Below, piece by piece: positions 61,501-64,000 of a DNA stretch of 64,000 nucleotides. Each line of letters begins with the position of its first letter. The first letter of the stretch is position 1. Under the pieces are notes generated by a model that worked only from the letters and a program-made list of their open reading frames with translations, had not been told where the DNA came from and did no database searches. Source of the stretch: Rebecca billardiae RCC1528 (lineage: Eukaryota > Protista > Haptophyta). The stretch lies in the NCBI GenBank assembly GCA_965240325.2, contig OZ251234.1, positions 620,001 through 684,000 of the forward strand, in the 5' to 3' direction. The translations under genes and the position numbers were made by a program.

Positions 61501-64000
61501 GCGTGCACCATGTCTTCCATCAGTGCCCGCACGCACACGCACAGCGGGACGCTGAGGACAGGGTGGGAGCTGCGATACGCAAGGCCTCGAATGGCGCCAT
61601 CCCACAGCTCGAAGCCACCCGACTTGCGGTCCAGGCGACGCTTCACCCCTTCTACTATGCTGGCAAGGTGACTGAGGCCACTGTCACTGCTGTGAAGCAA
61701 GCACTGGCTGCCCACCAGCCGCCTGGCAGCCAGCCGGTGCAGTACGCCAGGGGGATGATCCACAATCCCTTGGCCCTGGCCGCCAGCAAAATCCACGACA
61801 AGCGCAGGGCGCTGAGCCTCAGCTCGGCATATGCCAAGACGTATGACTTGGATAAGTACTGGGCCCTCCTCCATAAGCAAGGGCGGGCGGCTGCCAGCCA
61901 GGCGGAGCCCGCCCCTGCGGCTGAGGTGGCAGAGCCAGACCCACCTGCTGAAGACTCGCCAGCCCCCAATGAGCTGCTGCAACAGCAGCCGGCCACAGGC
62001 GCAGCAGCTGCCCCACCGGCTGCAGATGCCCCCGCCAGCGATGCGCAGGCGCCCGCTGCATTGGGGCCTGACCTTGCTCCAGCAGTCGCAGAGGCGAGCC
62101 ACCCCCTGCCTGCACAGCTGCTGGGCCCGGTGCAGGAGGGCGCAGCAGCTGAGCCGCCAGCAGCAGCGCACGCTGGCCTGGCTGGCGCTGCGCTGCACGG
62201 CACACAGAGTGGCAGCAGGCGGCGGCCCCGCTCGCCCGATGCAGACGCCCTGGCACACCAGGATGATAACGGTGTGAGTGGGCCCCCTGCCCAGCAGCGG
62301 CGGTTGGCAGCAGCAGCAGGCTCCACACCTCGCACTGCTGGCCCCCCAATCGACGATGTGGCTGCCGGCCACGCTCAGCACCCTACTGCAGACCGGCAGC
62401 CAGCAGTGCAGCTGCCACCTATACCCGCCTACGTTGCTGTCCAGCCACAGCGGCGCGGGGCGGCCACTGAGCTCCTGGCAGCAGTGGGGCATGCTGTGTA
62501 CCCTACTTGCATGCATGGGGACTGCCTCCTGTTGGCAGCCATGGGCTATGTCGAGGAACGTGCAGCCGCAGTGGGCCCCTGCACCGCAGCCTACCAGGCA
62601 GTCCGCTTCCTCAGGGCAGCTGCTGTGGACTGGGTGCTCGGCACAGCACGTCTCTCACGGACACACCGGCTTCAACTGGGGCTCGTGGATGCTGATGGAC
62701 TGGAGGCAATCAGCATGTCTGACAGCTATAGGGCCACGTACCATGGGCAGGGTGCCCAGCCAACCCTGCACGAGTTCGCCGCGCCGCTCAGGGCTGCAGC
62801 GAGCTACGGGGTCGATGGCAGGCTCGCCGCCGGTGGGGCGTCGAGGTACTGGCCCACTGTCATGATACCCGCCGTTGCGGCCGTCATGGGGCGTGACATC
62901 GCAGTGTTCCAGCCGCGCGCCAGCCAGACTGCCCCTGCTGATGGGACAGCAGGCAGGCCAGAGAGCTCGGATGCAGTCGGGCACCTGGTGGCGTGCACGC
63001 TGTATAGGCACGTGCCGCGGTGGTCCAGCATGAACAACCCAGTGTATACGGACCCCCAACGCTGGCAACACCCACAGGGGGGCCCTGCAGGTGCTCCCGC
63101 TGACCCGCGCCAGCAACAGTCGGTACGCGAACGCCTCCTTGCGCGTGACCCAACTCTTGCAGCAGTGTACTTTGATGGCACCGGGCACTACGAGCCTGTG
63201 CTGCCGCTGCCGAGCCGACCGGGGCTCGAGCACAGGGAGCGCGGCCCCACAAGCAATCGGCGCGGCAAACAGCCCAGGGACCGGCCAGACGACTGCTCTG
63301 AGGACCATGGCACAGGTGCTGGTGATGGGCAGCGGCGGTTGCCAGACAGCTCTGCACTGCCTCCTCCCAGCACTGCTGCAGGCACCGGCAAGCGCCCTGT
63401 GCACAGGGGCTTCACAGGCAGCCCCCAGTCACCGGTGGCACGCTGCCCCCCGCTTGGACACCCCCCGGGGTGTAGCCAGGGAGGTGCCAGCAGCAGCGCC
63501 GGCGCGCAAGCACCACCAGTCGCGCCGCGTGGCGACCCCCCCGCTGTGGGGCGTGGCCCGCCGGCCAAACGGCGCAGCCCGGATTCCGATACCCTGCAGC
63601 AGCCTCTCTGGCCTGGCGCCCCCGCTCCTGACCAGCCCAGACCCCCGACGCCTGCGGTGCCTGAGGCCCCACCCCTGCGCAAGTCTGCCAGGCTGTGCCA
63701 GCGCCGCACGCGCGGAGCAGGCGCCACTGCAGCTCCTCACCAGCGAGACGACGCTTCGCGCGCACCCGGCGTGCAGGCACAGCCCGCCCTGGAGCAGCCC
63801 GCCGAGGCGGACCTTGGGCAGCAGCCATACATGCAGGTCGGCACACGCGGAGGGGTGGCACCAGTGCCGGCCCCAGCCCGCAAGCGCAAGCAGCCGGATG
63901 CCCCGGCCCTCGCCGCTGGTGAGCCAGCAAACCCTCCGGGCAACAGAACCCTGCCGCCTGCCTTGACCGTGAGGCCGACACGCCATACCGGGGCACATAT
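55581..64000 (+). CDS. Retrotransposon polyprotein (>2800 aa, no stop found in the window, absent from the ORF track)
   Basis: All in one frame: GEAKNPGP (56283), APE IASVNVGG..LLQET..GDAN (56331-57130), RT GCKQGCPLSP and GYMDD (59034), RNase H VDGS..SAQNSE..WDC..ADWAS (about 60390-60995), C-x2-C..H-x4-C knuckle (61455), OTU GDC (62517) and HY (63186). Domain motifs and both ends were frame-checked by hand, not every codon. Confidence 0.92.
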   Translation, partial: MAEVLVWLLLLALRSRPALPPATAVVVCDDDCCDVKLSATQRCTGTARGREEAAAVPARRNYWSEVARLALGESPCPGWRQARRAHPRELMLVHSTTWVGLPRSRACKQTRRRRCLALPQSQWQWGRAPQRHHCRHQGQCNGRTVAGRSACRGAASARRRRQQAPHKQAVLFLITMLMHVPPEHKWHLRVKHDYDAAGHSGAAGRAGHQCCEPTRAEDATSNQRVGDPDNGQRQGEAKNPGPGGCRQRLSIASVNVGGIAKLSRRAMLQTLLDDHQWDIVLLQETNLRSALATPDILQGYTTYHDPLPAHHKSSGKGVAIAVRRDPARPMAALDIQVQGGTMHKSVAGHLLMGTLIFATAAGDVYHIQLTCFYIPCNPAMRSAVLPALHHTLEMHSDMVTGRTDALRMAAGDANAVWAQGEAVALDPRRRHQNKSPCTFRNMMESLTGMHNMKPPGTFDPATEYTHVCGNTASRISYMLSNRADLACHVRHSDPAAALGIPLQTTGEGRSTHFFMIADIPVDKLGHIRRPKVHVRWQPHRFYFSASDPQHRAKVVQALRGPAAQTLARIADDSGTMHPLYNDNNLLDFHEHMDAAARAAAEQALPDTLAELTSLAVDGVGAADPAQAPKEPLRPVGGPQNRAVDPRAQSHLTMHRVYRGMVATVTRILQLRRAHRHTECLEGLTTAAQRGKMIRSLAMPNSRRAVRAHEHIWGERAAQPMAQRNMGVPLPGGATAPPGQAGNLYALWQLSQREIALWLADLKQICTTCLMAFERVQHRFETARIKERYAKLTREMHRKGTHHLRKELLPRDRPSGFELTLLRTTDPATGRAVVTDDPARIKELAAAYTASNIGQPAERTPGPHPYEDDAIWRPIRDRWTPELVRAVTAPMRAEDLKRILGRAKSNGAPGLDKVQICSLKLILEAQPALRTVLVNCINTILHSASPLPAHITQSEIVYFYKKGDALALSNYRGIALQSVIYKIAAAHRANQIQHVCDRLGLLRPEQAASRAGGQGDLHVAALTAAIAHAKRHNRELHITACDIAKAYDSVPISSLRQALALHGFPPQLIASLDRLDEGSTAVTRTPHGLTHPVPIRRGCKQGCPLSPIKFCLFMNMFIQWFTATSATGYTFQLDATARLPQRAPPTACIQVQGYMDDLALVAATAAENTAQLEALHKFLAAHGMVLNHAKCVHAYRPARAPRDGRARQPAGPAAPLFPRAGQAVATVPTLDPAHRESFAYLGYHLNMELAWGAHSRRVAERLQKAAWRVGVAAMDPCCHTVMTGTLLQHDVVSTLDYKLSASKLTKDELRSMRTTILRPVWQRVGLPHASARIAACGPAKTWGIGPEDPQARDAGQKVTTLLKAANSLAADGHLARSALGEWHAGLHSPGFAPAAYPPFVEGGLRALNACPDGAARWAPATYRELALLTLREACGSRVEHIMDTYASRLSWRKRSSRTARLNAILDMTVGATIEMAVPRAGPNLPGHAHTSMLEENILHDGGTSAAQMIRATNGGAAAAVLSLFTADGRRALHAYDPAQEWMCGRLAHALLDGLVDNWLTAPENFLLTGHLGPADRAAAHEREIPTDGRLPVRGLQADTDRLMAGVDGSYVPGRGQGAAAVAYAIPLTPGGERHAITIFTATYPGEQSAQNSEIAAATLGVKVLSTIGARHAHIGWDCDTALHHALRARPDLVAPGESVPRQGTGAAAKLLSGSPHMVRLLRLLDICVPQASGHQWAFRHQQAGHAELDRRVGNTLAPWWSARDNAFCVSSAQCEALLRIVLGHAPGTPHEAALRTVCNLCADWASKQVARGDQQASFALGPMVWLPYRVSLMEHGSATLLPSCPNQVRTRVMDRARRAALEAHAATPAAAAKYRLKLAGPDSDQEPDHQGDTPLPCDVHESTHSLQNQWCRERISKFVLRCAVGALVYNADAVAATPALAGVRRRCTSSRATYALGTECLFCLKAGDPNPGPDSVHHVFHQCPHAHAQRDAEDRVGAAIRKASNGAIPQLEATRLAVQATLHPFYYAGKVTEATVTAVKQALAAHQPPGSQPVQYARGMIHNPLALAASKIHDKRRALSLSSAYAKTYDLDKYWALLHKQGRAAASQAEPAPAAEVAEPDPPAEDSPAPNELLQQQPATGAAAAPPAADAPASDAQAPAALGPDLAPAVAEASHPLPAQLLGPVQEGAAAEPPAAAHAGLAGAALHGTQSGSRRRPRSPDADALAHQDDNGVSGPPAQQRRLAAAAGSTPRTAGPPIDDVAAGHAQHPTADRQPAVQLPPIPAYVAVQPQRRGAATELLAAVGHAVYPTCMHGDCLLLAAMGYVEERAAAVGPCTAAYQAVRFLRAAAVDWVLGTARLSRTHRLQLGLVDADGLEAISMSDSYRATYHGQGAQPTLHEFAAPLRAAASYGVDGRLAAGGASRYWPTVMIPAVAAVMGRDIAVFQPRASQTAPADGTAGRPESSDAVGHLVACTLYRHVPRWSSMNNPVYTDPQRWQHPQGGPAGAPADPRQQQSVRERLLARDPTLAAVYFDGTGHYEPVLPLPSRPGLEHRERGPTSNRRGKQPRDRPDDCSEDHGTGAGDGQRRLPDSSALPPPSTAAGTGKRPVHRGFTGSPQSPVARCPPLGHPPGCSQGGASSSAGAQAPPVAPRGDPPAVGRGPPAKRRSPDSDTLQQPLWPGAPAPDQPRPPTPAVPEAPPLRKSARLCQRRTRGAGATAAPHQRDDASRAPGVQAQPALEQPAEADLGQQPYMQVGTRGGVAPVPAPARKRKQPDAPALAAGEPANPPGNRTLPPALTVRPTRHTGAH

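Larger units (their letters stand above)
53834..64000 (+). mobile_element. Non-LTR retrotransposon (APE-type, RNase H-containing), 3'-truncated by the window
   Basis: Domain order APE-RT-RNH-CCHC-OTU in one frame; the 5' boundary is approximate. Confidence 0.93.

Noticed and set aside
1-64000. Hundreds of long overlapping Ala/Arg/Gly/Pro-rich ORFs in the track
   Set aside because: Expected shadow ORFs in very GC-rich DNA; they lack motifs and mostly overlap better-supported genes or repeats.

Overview
Very GC-rich eukaryotic genomic DNA with compact, mostly intronless genes and GT-AG introns. The composition fits a unicellular alga such as a haptophyte, but the taxon is an inference. About 14 host genes are present: a CD2BP2/Lin1-like splicing factor, a DEDDy-YbaK-Mut7-C nuclease, ALG3, a Stf0-like sulfotransferase, a secreted SAM methyltransferase, an SDR, an Erf4-like membrane protein, a GT90 glycosyltransferase, DPM1, an SLC13 transporter, a Cys-rich repeat protein and several hypotheticals. 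Several form tight head-to-head pairs. The DNA 3' of the genes is packed with mobile elements: (i) two families of non-autonomous elements with Helentron/Helitron2-like ends (asymmetric inverted repeat plus 3' hairpin), three of them stacked head-to-tail and one carrying a Ulp1-like fragment; (ii) a hAT derivative with an 8-bp TSD nested in one of them; (iii) a P-like element with a 7-bp TSD; (iv) a 7-kb foldback with 214-bp tandem arrays; (v) a GTAC-repeat foldback MITE; (vi) a >10-kb non-LTR retrotransposon with an unusual TM region / 2A-like motif / APE / RT / RNase H / CCHC / OTU polyprotein, truncated by the window end. The most striking pattern is pervasive 2-9 bp duplicative or palindromic micro-insertions resembling transposon excision footprints. 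They are concentrated in patches downstream of stop codons, can be demonstrated by comparing repeat copies within the window, and have frameshifted one gene. All calls come from manual reading; no database search or computation was run.
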